From: Candidatus Woesearchaeota archaeon
Lineage (GTDB): Archaea; Nanobdellota; Nanobdellia; Woesearchaeales; ARS49
Direction: 5' to 3'
Length of the DNA: 64,000 nucleotides
NCBI GenBank assembly: GCA_016188265.1
Contig: JACPID010000005.1
Span: 38,126-102,125 of the forward strand
Below, piece after piece: positions 28,579 through 38,984 of this stretch. A model generated the notes under the pieces. It was given only the letters and a program-made list of their open reading frames with translations, ran no database searches and had not been told where the DNA came from. The position numbers and the translations under genes are program-made. Positions within the stretch are counted from its first letter, which is position 1; each line of letters begins with the position of its first letter.

Positions 28579-29837
28579 TTATGAAGTACTTAAGTAGAAT
28601 TTTATTTGCAGGAATTCTAGCCATTATTGGTTGTGTTTCTCCTTATTTAAAAACAACAAATAGTAAACAATCGTTTTTTTCAGCAGGTTTTGCAAAGCAA
28701 GAATTTCCTGTTCATATTGGAAAACCTCTTGCAGGTTATAGATCACGAAAAGAGAATTGCACAAGTGTTCATGATCCTGTATGTGCGCGTGCAATGGTTA
28801 TTTCAGGTAAAAAAAATATCGGCCTTGTTTCTTGTGATTTGCTTTTAATAACTAATGATTTAAGAGAAAAAGTTTTAGAAAAAACAAAATTTTTAGGTTT
28901 GGATGATATTGTTCTTGGAGCAACTCACACACATTCATCCATAGGAGGTTATTGGGATAATAGCATTGGTGAATTGGCTGTTATGTCTAAATATAGCAGG
29001 CATCAAGAAGCTGAAATAGTTGACACAATTAGTTCTGCATTAAAAAAAGCAAGTAAGTGTTTACAGCCTGCAGAAATTGGTGCGGGACAATCAAGTGTTG
29101 ACTTAACAAAAAATCGCCATATTGAAAATGGTGAAGAGGCTATTGATTTAGGAGTTATTGCATTTAAAGACCAGACAGGAAAAACTATTGGTTACATAAC
29201 AACTTATGGAACTCACCCTACAATATTGGGCGCTTGTAATACCGAAGCATCAGCAGACTATCCTGGAGCTTTATCAAAATATTTAGAAATTGATGGAAAA
29301 ATTAATCTTTTTTTTTCAGGCGCTTTAGGGGATCAAGAGCCTGAAAGAATAAAGCCAAATCATAAGTTTGAAAGAATTGATCATTTTGGCAGAACACTGG
29401 CATATGAAGTGATTGAAGTAGAAAAAAAACTTGAGTTTAGCTCTGATTTAACACTTTCACTAACAACAAATAAAACAGCACTTCCTTTTTACGATTTTCT
29501 TTTAATTCCCAATGTATTATTTCCTTTGGAGATTTTCTGTGATGTTGGCATAGGATTGAAATATGTTCCAAGAGAAACAATATTACAGCTTGTCAAATTT
29601 AATAATACTTATCTTGCAGCCACGCCTTGTGATCTTGGGGTTAATGCAGGTAAAAAAATTAAAGAAACTTTTTCAGAAAATGTTTTTCCACTATCTCATT
29701 GCAATGACTATATTGGCTATGTTTTAACATCAAAAGATTACAAGCATTTTGGTTATGCAAATATACTCTCTTTTTATGGAGAAAACATAAGTGATTATTT
29801 TGCAGAAGAATTTATAGGTATGAATAACAATAAATAA
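28575..29837 (+). CDS. secreted/lipobox hydrolase-like protein (possible neutral-ceramidase-like N-terminal domain)
   Basis: Signal AIIGC; the GATHTHSSIGGY motif resembles the ceramidase THTHS motif. The assignment is weak. Confidence 0.3.
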   Translation: MIMKYLSRILFAGILAIIGCVSPYLKTTNSKQSFFSAGFAKQEFPVHIGKPLAGYRSRKENCTSVHDPVCARAMVISGKKNIGLVSCDLLLITNDLREKVLEKTKFLGLDDIVLGATHTHSSIGGYWDNSIGELAVMSKYSRHQEAEIVDTISSALKKASKCLQPAEIGAGQSSVDLTKNRHIENGEEAIDLGVIAFKDQTGKTIGYITTYGTHPTILGACNTEASADYPGALSKYLEIDGKINLFFSGALGDQEPERIKPNHKFERIDHFGRTLAYEVIEVEKKLEFSSDLTLSLTTNKTALPFYDFLLIPNVLFPLEIFCDVGIGLKYVPRETILQLVKFNNTYLAATPCDLGVNAGKKIKETFSENVFPLSHCNDYIGYVLTSKDYKHFGYANILSFYGENISDYFAEEFIGMNNNK

Positions 29838-30301
29838 TTTGTTAATAATGAAGCAATAATGCCAATTATTATTCCTCCAAGTGCATCGCTTGGATAGTGC
29901 ACTCCTGCAAAAATTCTGGAAATACCAACAAGCAATGCAATTAGTAATGCAATAATTCCTTGTTTTTTATTATAAAAAAAAAGTGCGGTTCCAAGAGCAA
30001 AGGCTCTTAATGTATGCCCGCTTGGAAAGCTTGAAGAATCACTGGGAATAACTAAAAGATTTACTTGGTTTTCTAGAAAAGGCCTTTTTACGTAAATAAA
30101 TAAATTAATTATTTGATCAATAAAAATTGCAAGCATCAATGCAGTAAATGCGTGAATTAAGCATTTTTTGTTTTTTGTTAGTATAATCATTAATGCAATT
30201 ATTAAAATGCCAAAATGTGTTATGAAAATAAAGAAATTATCTAAAACAGCATATTGTTTTGCCCATTGGTTTAGTAAAGAAAACAAGTAAATGTCTATCA
30301 T
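29795..30301 (-). CDS. PAP2-family phosphatase (membrane)
   Basis: KRP (YVKRPFL), PSGH (FPSGHT), and SR...H...D (SRIFAGVHYPSD) motifs. Confidence 0.7.
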   Translation of the reverse strand: MIDIYLFSLLNQWAKQYAVLDNFFIFITHFGILIIALMIILTKNKKCLIHAFTALMLAIFIDQIINLFIYVKRPFLENQVNLLVIPSDSSSFPSGHTLRAFALGTALFFYNKKQGIIALLIALLVGISRIFAGVHYPSDALGGIIIGIIASLLTNYLLLFIPINSSAK

Positions 30302-30337
30302 TCGAAAGGTTTATAATATCATTTTTATAAAAATCTT

Positions 30338-31297
30338 ATGATGCTTAACATTATTCATTTATTGCCTGATCAAATTAAAGAAGGTTTACAACTAGGAAAA
30401 TACATAAAATTAGATCTTCCAATTAATCATATTATCTTCACAGGAATGGGCGGAAGCGGATTGCCTGGAGAAGTGCTAAACGCCCTTATTAAAAATATGC
30501 CTTCAACAGTTATTAATGACTACCATCTGCCATTATGGGCTGATAAAAATACACTTATTGTTTGTTTTTCTTATTCAGGCAACACTGAAGAAACTATTTC
30601 TTGTTTTAAAGAAGCTTTGAAAAAAAACTTTCAAACAATTATTGTTACAACTGGCGGGAGAATTAAGCTTATAGCAGATGAAGCTGATGTTCGCAATAAA
30701 ATCATGATTCCAAGAGGCATTCCTTCACGTCAAGCCATTGGTTATTTTGTTTTTGCATTAATAACTGTTTTTCAAAATCATAAGCTGATTAATATAACAA
30801 AAAATGAAATAGATACTCTTATTGAAACACTGAAAAAGCCCGGTTTTGATGAGCAAGCAGAAAAACTGGCAGAACAGCTTAAAAATAAAATTCCAATAAT
30901 TTATACAACCAAACAGTATCAAAGTGTAGCTTTGCGCTGGAAGCAGAGTTTTAATGAAAATTCAAAATCGCATTCTTTTTTTAATATTTTGCCTGAAATG
31001 AACCACAATGAAATAATGGGTTATAGAAAAACCAATAAAGATTTTCACATTATCTTCTTAATAGATGAATCTGAAGATAAGCAGATAATTCAAAGAGTAG
31101 AACTTTCAAAAGATATTATTAAACAAGCTGGAAATACTGTTACTGAAATTAAGCTGAAAGGTTCGTCGCACTTGATAAAAGTATTCACTGCAATTTTTTT
31201 AGGAGATCTTACTTCAGTATATCTTGCAAAACATTATGCGATTGATCCTCTTGAAACTAATCTTATTGAACAATTAAAAAAGAGGCTGAAATCATGA
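30338..31297 (+). CDS. bifunctional phosphoglucose/phosphomannose isomerase (SIS-domain, archaeal PGI/PMI type)
   Basis: GMGGSGLPGEVL SIS motif and a length of about 320 aa. Confidence 0.5.
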   Translation: MMLNIIHLLPDQIKEGLQLGKYIKLDLPINHIIFTGMGGSGLPGEVLNALIKNMPSTVINDYHLPLWADKNTLIVCFSYSGNTEETISCFKEALKKNFQTIIVTTGGRIKLIADEADVRNKIMIPRGIPSRQAIGYFVFALITVFQNHKLINITKNEIDTLIETLKKPGFDEQAEKLAEQLKNKIPIIYTTKQYQSVALRWKQSFNENSKSHSFFNILPEMNHNEIMGYRKTNKDFHIIFLIDESEDKQIIQRVELSKDIIKQAGNTVTEIKLKGSSHLIKVFTAIFLGDLTSVYLAKHYAIDPLETNLIEQLKKRLKS

Positions 31298-32226
31298 TGA
31301 TTAAAAGACAAAGGCAATTATTAGTTGATTTTGTACAAAGTGCAAAAGGTTTTGAACATATTGGCAAATTAAAGTTAATTCTTATTGCTGCAGGTGTTAA
31401 ACCAGCAACATATGTTGCGCTTAAAATAAACAAAGAAAATCTAGGGGAACTTACTCATTTTAGGACTCATTTGAAAAAATCAGGTTTATTATTTGCAGAA
31501 AGCACTCCTAAATCTTATGAAGTTATTAAGAAAATCAAAGACGGAGTTGTTGAGTGGGAATTAGGAGGCACTTGGTATGGATTTGATATTTTTCAAAATA
31601 AAAGATCGCAGGATTTATTTAAAGAATACCAGCAAACAGTTAGGCAGAATCATGAAAAAGCAGATGAAATGGGCGGGAAAGCCTATGGTTATCCTGATTG
31701 TTGTATTAAGCAATATGTTAAGGAGCACAATCTCAGATTTCTAAAGAAAAACTATACGTATTACAAGTATTATTTTTCTATAAGAGAACGTGAACGTTCA
31801 TTTCCTTTTCTAACACATACCCCTTGCAGTAAAGCGTGTAAGAGCTGTAAACAATGGAATAAGCATCATCAAGTTCTTTTGAAAAAAATAGCTCCAAAAT
31901 TTTTAAAAGAATATACTAAAAAAAGAAAAATAAAAACAGAGTGTATTGTGGATAATGAATCAGATGTTTATGAAAATAAATTGCAGGAAACAAAATCTCT
32001 TTGGCCGAAAAAAGATGGTTATGAATTTTCTTTTATAACAAGAAAAGCAATTGAAGGCCAGCATTATCTTATTGCTTATTTAACTAAAAAGAAATTTGAA
32101 AGAGGAGCTGTTGTTGATTCAATACTTACACTTCAGTACAGGTTTGCAGATGTTAAAATAAGTAAAGCAAAAAAATCATTGCCTTTTTTAGAACATAGAA
32201 GATATTTGCCTTTGCTTAAAAAATAA
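31294..32226 (+). CDS. conserved hypothetical protein with Cys motifs (YGYPDCC, CSKACKSCK)
   Basis: ORF coupled by ATGA to its neighbours; possible metal-binding Cys clusters. Confidence 0.35.
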   Translation: MMIKRQRQLLVDFVQSAKGFEHIGKLKLILIAAGVKPATYVALKINKENLGELTHFRTHLKKSGLLFAESTPKSYEVIKKIKDGVVEWELGGTWYGFDIFQNKRSQDLFKEYQQTVRQNHEKADEMGGKAYGYPDCCIKQYVKEHNLRFLKKNYTYYKYYFSIRERERSFPFLTHTPCSKACKSCKQWNKHHQVLLKKIAPKFLKEYTKKRKIKTECIVDNESDVYENKLQETKSLWPKKDGYEFSFITRKAIEGQHYLIAYLTKKKFERGAVVDSILTLQYRFADVKISKAKKSLPFLEHRRYLPLLKK

Positions 32227-33165
32227 ATGAGCTCTATTGTTGTTATTGGCGGAGGAACTGGAAGTTATACTGTATTAAGGGGCCTTAAAAAGTATACAGA
32301 CCAGCTTACTGCAATTGTTTCTATGTTTGACAGCGGAGGAAGCACTGGAAAATTAAGAGATGAATTTGGCTATCTTCCTCCTGGGGATATTAGAAGATGT
32401 TTGATTGCTTTAAGCCCTGAATCTACAGATAATTTGTTTTTAAGAAGGCTATTTGAGCACCGTTTTGGCAATGGAGAAGGATTAAAAGGGCATAGTTTTG
32501 GGAATTTGTTTCTTACTGCACTAAGAGACATAACTGGCAGTGATTTAGAAGCTATTAAGCAGGCTGCAAGAATTCTTAATATCAAAGGAAAAGTTCTTCC
32601 AGTTACTTTGAATAATTGCACTCTTTGCGCTGAATTAGAAGATGGGCAGATTGTTAAAGGAGAAACAAATATTGATATTCCAAAACACAATCCTTCATTG
32701 AGAATAAAAAGAGTTTTTCATGAGCCTGCAGCGCTTGCTCATCATGAATGTATTGAATCAATTAAAAATGCTAAAGCGATTATAATAGGTCCAGGTGATT
32801 TATATACATCAATAGTTTCAACACTTTCTGTTGAAGGAATATCAGAAGCAATTCAAGAAAGCAGTGCGAAAAAAATATATATTTGCAATATAATGACTAA
32901 ACATGGTGAAACAACGGGTTTTAGAGTGTCAGATCATGTCAGCATAGTTAATGAGTATATGCCTATTGATTATGTGCTTTGCAATAATAAAAGAGGAAAT
33001 CCTATGTTAATGAAAAAGTATGAGGAAGAAAATGCATTTTTTGTTGAGATTGATTATGAAAATCTTAAAAGCTTCAACATTATTGAGCGCAATTTAATAA
33101 CAGAGCCAATATTGTTGCGTCATGATTCTGTAAAACTTGCAAAAACAGTTATGGAGCTGCTATGA
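32227..33165 (+). CDS. UPF0052 (YvcK/CofD-like) family protein
   Basis: VVIGGGTGSYTVLRGLK...AIVSMFDSGGSTGKLRDEFGYLPPGDIRRCLIAL matches YvcK/CofD. Confidence 0.7.
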   Translation: MSSIVVIGGGTGSYTVLRGLKKYTDQLTAIVSMFDSGGSTGKLRDEFGYLPPGDIRRCLIALSPESTDNLFLRRLFEHRFGNGEGLKGHSFGNLFLTALRDITGSDLEAIKQAARILNIKGKVLPVTLNNCTLCAELEDGQIVKGETNIDIPKHNPSLRIKRVFHEPAALAHHECIESIKNAKAIIIGPGDLYTSIVSTLSVEGISEAIQESSAKKIYICNIMTKHGETTGFRVSDHVSIVNEYMPIDYVLCNNKRGNPMLMKKYEEENAFFVEIDYENLKSFNIIERNLITEPILLRHDSVKLAKTVMELL

Positions 33166-33851
33166 AGACATTAGTATTTGATGCTGGGCCAATAATTAGT
33201 TTTACTACAAATAATTTATTGCATTTATTTCCAAAATTAAAAGAAGCATATGGGGGAAAGTTTGTTATTACTTCTGCTGTAAAAAAAGAATTAATTGATA
33301 AACCTTTAATTACAAAAAAATTTAAATTTGAAGCTCTTCAAGTTGAAAAAATTATTGATGAAAACATACTTAGTGTTGTTAAAGATAAAACTGTTGAAAA
33401 AAAAGGAGAAAAATTGCTTGCACTTGCTAACAAGTGTTTTAATGCACAAAACACTCCTGTGAAAGCATTTCAGCAGGGTGAAATAGAAAGCTTGGCATAT
33501 GCCTGTGATAACAATGCAGAAGCTATTGTTATTGATGAATTTCTTACAAGAGCTCTTATTGAAAATCCAGATGCAATAAAAGAAGTCATGGAAAAAAGAT
33601 TGCATACTAAAGTTGATGTTGATGAAAATGCTCTTAAAGAGTTTCAAACACAAATCTGCAAGATAAAAATAATAAGAAGCATTGAATTGGTTACTATTGC
33701 ATTTGAAAAAGGACTCTTAAACGAGTATGTTGTGAATCTTCCAAAAGCAAAAAAAACACTTCTTGAAAGTTTATTATGGGGTCTTAAATTAAATGGTTGT
33801 TCTGTTACAGAAAACGAAATAAAAGAAATAATTAAGTTAGAAAAAATGTAG
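33162..33851 (+). CDS. PIN-like (DUF3368-related) protein
   Basis: N-terminal LVFDAGPIISF and C-terminal QGEIESLAYACDNNAEAIVIDEFLTRAL fit the DUF3368 pattern; ATGA overlap with the upstream gene. Confidence 0.5.
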   Translation: MKTLVFDAGPIISFTTNNLLHLFPKLKEAYGGKFVITSAVKKELIDKPLITKKFKFEALQVEKIIDENILSVVKDKTVEKKGEKLLALANKCFNAQNTPVKAFQQGEIESLAYACDNNAEAIVIDEFLTRALIENPDAIKEVMEKRLHTKVDVDENALKEFQTQICKIKIIRSIELVTIAFEKGLLNEYVVNLPKAKKTLLESLLWGLKLNGCSVTENEIKEIIKLEKM

Positions 33852-33886
33852 TCAATACATTATTAAGAACTGCTTCTTTTAGAGTC

Positions 33887-34186
33887 TCAACTAAATTGTT
33901 TTATTATTTCTAGTGATTTTTTCTGTGTATCATATTGAATATTTCCTAATATTCCGTGATCTGCCAATATGTCTAACATATCTCGCACACTCAGTTCATT
34001 AAGTTCAGCAGCCTCTCTAAGTGTTATTTTTCCTTCAGAATATAGTTTAATTGTATATTCTTGTACTCCGAGATGCAATAGTTGTCTTAGTGCTGTAGAT
34101 TCATCAACTTTTTCTTTTTTAGTGCGAAATTTTATTGCTCGCACCAATCTTGCCGGCAAACGTGTGGTTTTTGCTATTGATTTCAT
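33887..34186 (-). CDS. UPF0175-family small protein (antitoxin-like partner of DUF3368)
   Basis: LYSEGKITLREAAELNELSVRDMLDILADHGIL is the UPF0175 signature. Confidence 0.65.
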   Translation of the reverse strand: MKSIAKTTRLPARLVRAIKFRTKKEKVDESTALRQLLHLGVQEYTIKLYSEGKITLREAAELNELSVRDMLDILADHGILGNIQYDTQKKSLEIIKQFS

Positions 34187-34192
34187 TTTTCA

Positions 34193-34684
34193 TCACTTTA
34201 TTTCATTCATGCATGATTCATATTCTTGGCAACTAATATTTTGTTGTAAGTTTTTTATTGTTGTAATTGCTTTTTCTTTGCTTATTTTTTTCTGCATATA
34301 CATTAAAACTATAAGTGATCCTGGAGTTACTGCTTTTTTGTTAATGTTTTGCAGTAATCTCAAAAACTTTTGGTCATCGCTTGACAACAAATCATATTTT
34401 ACTTGAGTGCTTATTCGATACACATCTTGTTCTCCACCCATCAGCCCTAATTCTAGTATTTCTTTTTCTACTTTTGGTTCTTTTTTTGTTTTAATAATCT
34501 TTATCTTATTTTTTTCAACATTCTTTTTAATTATTAACGCATCAGGTTTTCCTTCTGCTTTATCTATGCATTCTTCTTTAACGCAAGTTGGTATTAACAC
34601 CTCAAAAGCATTCACTATGTGTTCTTTTGCTCCTGCTTTTGTTATCTTAATTAAACTATCTGTATCAAACAACAATACTGTCAT
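34193..34684 (-). CDS. DUF3368 PIN-like protein (toxin-like)
   Basis: MTVLLFDTDSLIKITKAG...LIPTCVKEE matches the N-terminal DUF3368 motif; the C-terminal GGEQDV...LLSSDD region also fits. Confidence 0.6.
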   Translation of the reverse strand: MTVLLFDTDSLIKITKAGAKEHIVNAFEVLIPTCVKEECIDKAEGKPDALIIKKNVEKNKIKIIKTKKEPKVEKEILELGLMGGEQDVYRISTQVKYDLLSSDDQKFLRLLQNINKKAVTPGSLIVLMYMQKKISKEKAITTIKNLQQNISCQEYESCMNEIK

Positions 34685-34792
34685 ACGTAATATAATAATG
34701 TACACATATATAAATGTTCACAAAATCTCTTTTTCTTTGCTTCATTTTTTACAATAAAGTACATTTAGTGAACCAAGCATTTAAATATTCAT

Positions 34793-35020
34793 ATGATTAT
34801 TCATATGATAAAAGAGGGATTTTTATTGAAGAGAAAGCTTCAGAAAACAAATAAAGACCAGTACATACTTACAATTCCTAAAGCATTAGTTGAAGTTCTA
34901 AACTGGAAAGATAAAGAAGTAATAGAATTTATTTTTGATGCAGATAAAATAGTCTTGCACAATAATCATTCAAACAATAAATTTTCTAGTTCTAAAAGAG
35001 GCGGTAAAAATCAAACTTAA
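34793..35020 (+). CDS. AbrB/SpoVT-like small DNA-binding protein
   Basis: YILTIPKALVEVLNWKDKEVIEF fits the swapped-hairpin beta motif. Confidence 0.4.
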   Translation: MIIHMIKEGFLLKRKLQKTNKDQYILTIPKALVEVLNWKDKEVIEFIFDADKIVLHNNHSNNKFSSSKRGGKNQT

Positions 35021-35027
35021 AACTACC

Positions 35028-38000
35028 TTGCTGCTTGTTTTATTGGCTGTTGTTATTTCATCAATTATTTTTGTTTATGCTGTTAATTTTGGAGATTCAA
35101 GCCCTGACACTGGCGAAGCAGACGGAGGAGCAAACAGAGGAACATTTGCTGTAGGAACAGGAACATTTACAGATACTAGATCTGATAATGATATTTATTT
35201 TGGCATTGAAAGAGCTATTGGAACTGCAGCAGCAGCTAATCAGACAGTAGAGTTTAACATTAGTATATTAAGCACTAATTCTTCTATTAGAATTACTGAA
35301 ATTAATCTAAGCGTTAAGTATTGTCATGCTAGAAGGGTTAGTAATATTTGTAATAGTGGAGCAGGATCTGCTCCTCAAGGAACTAATGGGTCTATGAGTA
35401 TTTTTATTTTTAACTCTACTGCTTTTGAAAAAATTGGAAGTCTTAATTCTACAACAACTGCTACTGAAATAGAAATAAGAGCTAATGCTTCTGGGAGAAA
35501 TAATTATGGCATTTACAATAATTCTCAAGGATATGTTAATATTAGCTTTGAGTTTGCATGGAGTGGTGCAGGAAGAAGCGCTTTTTTAAATGATCATACT
35601 AATTTAACGATTTCTTATGACAGGGCTCCTGTTGTTAATTTAGTTTCTCCTGTAAATAATAGTTTAGTAAATCCTGGTGAGATAAACTTTACTTGTAGTG
35701 CTACAGATGATTTTGGTTTAGCTAATATAACTTTATTTCATAATTTAAATGGTAGTTTTGTTGCTAATCAAACAAACACGAGTTTTGGAGGAACAAGCAA
35801 TTCAACAACTTTTACTTTAACAAATGTTTCTGAAAGAGTGAATGGTTTGTGGAATTGTTTTGCTTTTGATAATGCTAATTTATCAAGTTTTGCTGGTTCA
35901 AATTTTACAATAGATACTAGTTTCTTGAATATTAGTGTTGTTGGATGTAATCCTAGCAACACTGATATTAACCAAAGTACTATTTGTAATGCTACAATAA
36001 CAGATAATACTGGAGTTAGTGTTGTTCAAGCTAATGTAACAATGCCTAATGGCACTATTCTAGTTCAGACTCTTTCTAATACAACCAGTAACTATTTTTT
36101 TAATTTTACAGATACTAACTTAACTGGAAGGTATAATATTACTTGGATTGCTAATGATTCTTTAAATAATAACAAAACTGATGTAACGGGTTTTTTTACA
36201 GCTGGCAATGTAGTTCCTAATGTAACGCTCATTAATCCAGTTAATGGTTTTAATACAAGTGTGATTAATCAAACCTTTACTTTTAATGTTACAGATGATT
36301 TTGATAGTTCAGTGTCTTGTTCATTGATATTTAATGATATTACTAATCAAACTAATTCGTCTGTTGGTGTTAATGCTAATAGAACATTTGTTCTTAATAA
36401 TATTGTTGATGGCCAGAATAATTGGAGTGTTTCTTGTGCTGATAGTGGTGGAAAATCAGATCAGCCGGGAAATAGAAGAATTAATATTGATACAAAATCT
36501 CCGGAATTTATTAGTTTAACAACAGTTCCTGATGATGCTGATGGTCTTGATAACGGTGTTGATATTCTTGTTAGGGCTAATGTTACTGATAATACAACTG
36601 CTGTTAATAATAGTCTTGTTTTTTTAGATTTTAAAAGATCAACTCAAACTAAATTCACTCAAAAGCAAATGACTTTTAATTCTAGCACAGGATTTTTTGA
36701 AGCAATATTCAATCAAAATCAAGCAGCAACTTATAATTTAAGAATTAATGCAACAGATATAGTTAGAAATTCAGGCATAAGCAATACTATTGATATTACT
36801 TTAGATACTGAACGTACTTGGGTTGATAGGCCAACTCAGTTGGTATTGCCCGCACCTAATTTTAATCTTAATGGAAGCGATCTTTATACAGTAAATAATA
36901 CTGGTGATTTTAATCAACAATTTACTTTAGCCTCAAATTATTCACTTACATTCTTTAATGAAAGTGCAACTTTTATTTTAACAGCTAAAGAAATAAAAAC
37001 AATAAATGTTACAGCAACTGCCACTGATCAAACATTCACTAGATTTACACTTAACACAAGCACGAATAATGCAGAGCCTCTTTCTAGAACAACTAAAGCA
37101 ACAATTGTTGTTGCTCCTAATCAGCCAATACTTGTTGCAGAAATTACATCTGCACCAGATGTTGTAACACAAGGACAAATTGGCGTAAGCCTTATTGCTG
37201 AGCTAGAAAATGTTGGTGAAGGCAATGCAACAGATGTTGTTTTTAGTTTTGATTTACCTAGTGACTGGTTGATAAGAGCAGGTAATCAAAGCTCAAATAT
37301 AGGCAATATGACTTCAGGAGATCTTGCTACATTAGTTTTAGAAGTTAACATATCTAACAATGCTGTAGTTGCTAATCAGACAATTGTTGCTAATGCTACT
37401 GGAAATAATCAAACAGGAAGTAATATCGCTCCTTTAGGATTAATTTTTGAAGATACTAAAATAGTTGAAGTAAGAGGAAAACCTGGAATTCTCGGAGCAG
37501 GTGGTGCAGCAGCAGGAGCAGCTGCAGCAGCAGGAGCAGCAGCTGCAGCAGCAGGTGGCCAGCCTTTTCCTACGCCTCCTCTTGTTAGAAGTTTGTTTAC
37601 TGAAGAGTTTTTAGAAACAGAAGAAGTAGTTCACTTGACTAGAGGGGAAGAAACAAGTTTTCCTTTAAAAATTACTAATGTTTTTGGCAACACTACATTG
37701 TTTGATGTTAAATTAAGTATTCAAGGATTTTTAGCTCAATACTTAGATCATACTCCTGAAAAGCTTGATGATATTAAGTATGGTTTTAGCAAGTCATTTA
37801 TTATTAATGTTGCTAGTCCTGCTTATAGAAAAAGAGGGGTTCATAATTTAGTATTTAACATTAAAGGTTTTGCTACTGGCAGGTTTATTATTGATAGAAA
37901 TGGAACTCCTGAAGAAATTAATGCAGTTATTGATTTTACTGAAAAAAGAAATGTTACACTTTATATTCATGAAATCAATCCATTAATAGCAGAACAAGCA

Positions 38001-38984
38001 TATAATACATCAATAAAAAAATTTATTGAATTAAAAGAAGCTGGTTTTCCTGCTAAAAAAGCTTCAAAACTATTTGAAAAAATAAACAATTCTTATTTTA
38101 GTTTTGATTATTTGCAAGTTAAAATATTAAGTGAAGAGCTTCAAGAATTGCATAAAACTGCATTTAGTGCTAATAACATAATTAAAGAACTGCAAGAAAA
38201 GATTAAAAAATCTGAGCAAGCGGGCCTTGATGTTAGTTCTACACAAAAACTTGTTGATTTAGCTCTTATTGCTTTTGAAAGAGAAGATTTTATTTTAGCT
38301 AAAAAAAGAGCTGAAGAAGGACGGCTTATTGAGTTTTTAGAAGTTAAAGGGGCATTTAATATTGTTAGGTTTGTAGAACGATTTTGGTGGGCAATTATAC
38401 TGGTGATATTATTTGTTAGTGTAAGCAGTTATGTTGTTTATAGAAGAATGCTTGTTCAAATTATTAATCAGCGTATTGAAAATCTTATGATCGAAGAAGT
38501 TAACATTGTTAGTTTAATTAAAGAAGTTAAAGAGCAGTGTTTTATTAAAAAAGAAATGTCTCTTGAAAGATATCATAAGTTGATGTATAATTATGAAAAA
38601 AGAATAGAACAAATTAAAACTATTATTTCTCAATTAAGAACAAAAAGAATTGGAATGTTAAGCATTCAAGATGAGCTGGCTGCGTTGATGGAAGAAAAGA
38701 AGAGAATTGAGCAATTAATAAAAGATACTCAGGAAATGTATTATGTTAAGAAGACCGTTAATTATTCTGATTATCTTTCAAGAATTGATGAATATAATGT
38801 TCGTAAATCAGAGATTGAAAAAGAGCTTGCAATTCTGGAAGCAAAAAGCATAAGAGACATTCAACAAGAGTTAGAAATGCATAAGCACATAGAACATCCT
38901 GATTGGGAGAAAAAGATCGCAGTATGGAAATTAAAATTTAGAAAATATTTGGAGAATATTATTCGTTACGTGCATAGAATATGA
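35028..38984 (+). CDS. giant surface glycoprotein (1318 aa): N-terminal signal anchor, about 1100-aa sequon-rich ectodomain, Ala/Gly linker, TM, cytoplasmic coiled-coil tail
   Basis: Dozens of N-x-S/T sequons, an AGGAAAGAAAAAGAAAAAAGG linker, a TM (WWAIILVILFVSVSSYVVY), then a conserved tail. It starts with TTG; there is no in-frame ATG after the upstream stop at 34950. Confidence 0.6.
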   Translation: MLLVLLAVVISSIIFVYAVNFGDSSPDTGEADGGANRGTFAVGTGTFTDTRSDNDIYFGIERAIGTAAAANQTVEFNISILSTNSSIRITEINLSVKYCHARRVSNICNSGAGSAPQGTNGSMSIFIFNSTAFEKIGSLNSTTTATEIEIRANASGRNNYGIYNNSQGYVNISFEFAWSGAGRSAFLNDHTNLTISYDRAPVVNLVSPVNNSLVNPGEINFTCSATDDFGLANITLFHNLNGSFVANQTNTSFGGTSNSTTFTLTNVSERVNGLWNCFAFDNANLSSFAGSNFTIDTSFLNISVVGCNPSNTDINQSTICNATITDNTGVSVVQANVTMPNGTILVQTLSNTTSNYFFNFTDTNLTGRYNITWIANDSLNNNKTDVTGFFTAGNVVPNVTLINPVNGFNTSVINQTFTFNVTDDFDSSVSCSLIFNDITNQTNSSVGVNANRTFVLNNIVDGQNNWSVSCADSGGKSDQPGNRRINIDTKSPEFISLTTVPDDADGLDNGVDILVRANVTDNTTAVNNSLVFLDFKRSTQTKFTQKQMTFNSSTGFFEAIFNQNQAATYNLRINATDIVRNSGISNTIDITLDTERTWVDRPTQLVLPAPNFNLNGSDLYTVNNTGDFNQQFTLASNYSLTFFNESATFILTAKEIKTINVTATATDQTFTRFTLNTSTNNAEPLSRTTKATIVVAPNQPILVAEITSAPDVVTQGQIGVSLIAELENVGEGNATDVVFSFDLPSDWLIRAGNQSSNIGNMTSGDLATLVLEVNISNNAVVANQTIVANATGNNQTGSNIAPLGLIFEDTKIVEVRGKPGILGAGGAAAGAAAAAGAAAAAAGGQPFPTPPLVRSLFTEEFLETEEVVHLTRGEETSFPLKITNVFGNTTLFDVKLSIQGFLAQYLDHTPEKLDDIKYGFSKSFIINVASPAYRKRGVHNLVFNIKGFATGRFIIDRNGTPEEINAVIDFTEKRNVTLYIHEINPLIAEQAYNTSIKKFIELKEAGFPAKKASKLFEKINNSYFSFDYLQVKILSEELQELHKTAFSANNIIKELQEKIKKSEQAGLDVSSTQKLVDLALIAFEREDFILAKKRAEEGRLIEFLEVKGAFNIVRFVERFWWAIILVILFVSVSSYVVYRRMLVQIINQRIENLMIEEVNIVSLIKEVKEQCFIKKEMSLERYHKLMYNYEKRIEQIKTIISQLRTKRIGMLSIQDELAALMEEKKRIEQLIKDTQEMYYVKKTVNYSDYLSRIDEYNVRKSEIEKELAILEAKSIRDIQQELEMHKHIEHPDWEKKIAVWKLKFRKYLENIIRYVHRI
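37493..37557 (+). repeat. GCA/GCT-rich simple-sequence repeat encoding the poly-Ala/Gly linker
   Basis: The stretch gcagcagcaggagcagctgcagcagcagga... stands out against AT-rich flanks. Confidence 0.6.

Noticed and set aside
28575-29837. Confident call as neutral ceramidase
   Set aside because: Only a single short THTHS-like motif matches, so it is kept as a low-confidence hydrolase-like lipoprotein.
33306-33653. 115-aa minus-strand ORF, plus similar antisense ORFs at 13081-13443, 48226-48432, 34407-34757, 56518-56943 and 62573-63082
   Set aside because: They are antisense to well-supported genes, with low-complexity or Cys/Phe-rich translations typical of AT-rich antisense frames.
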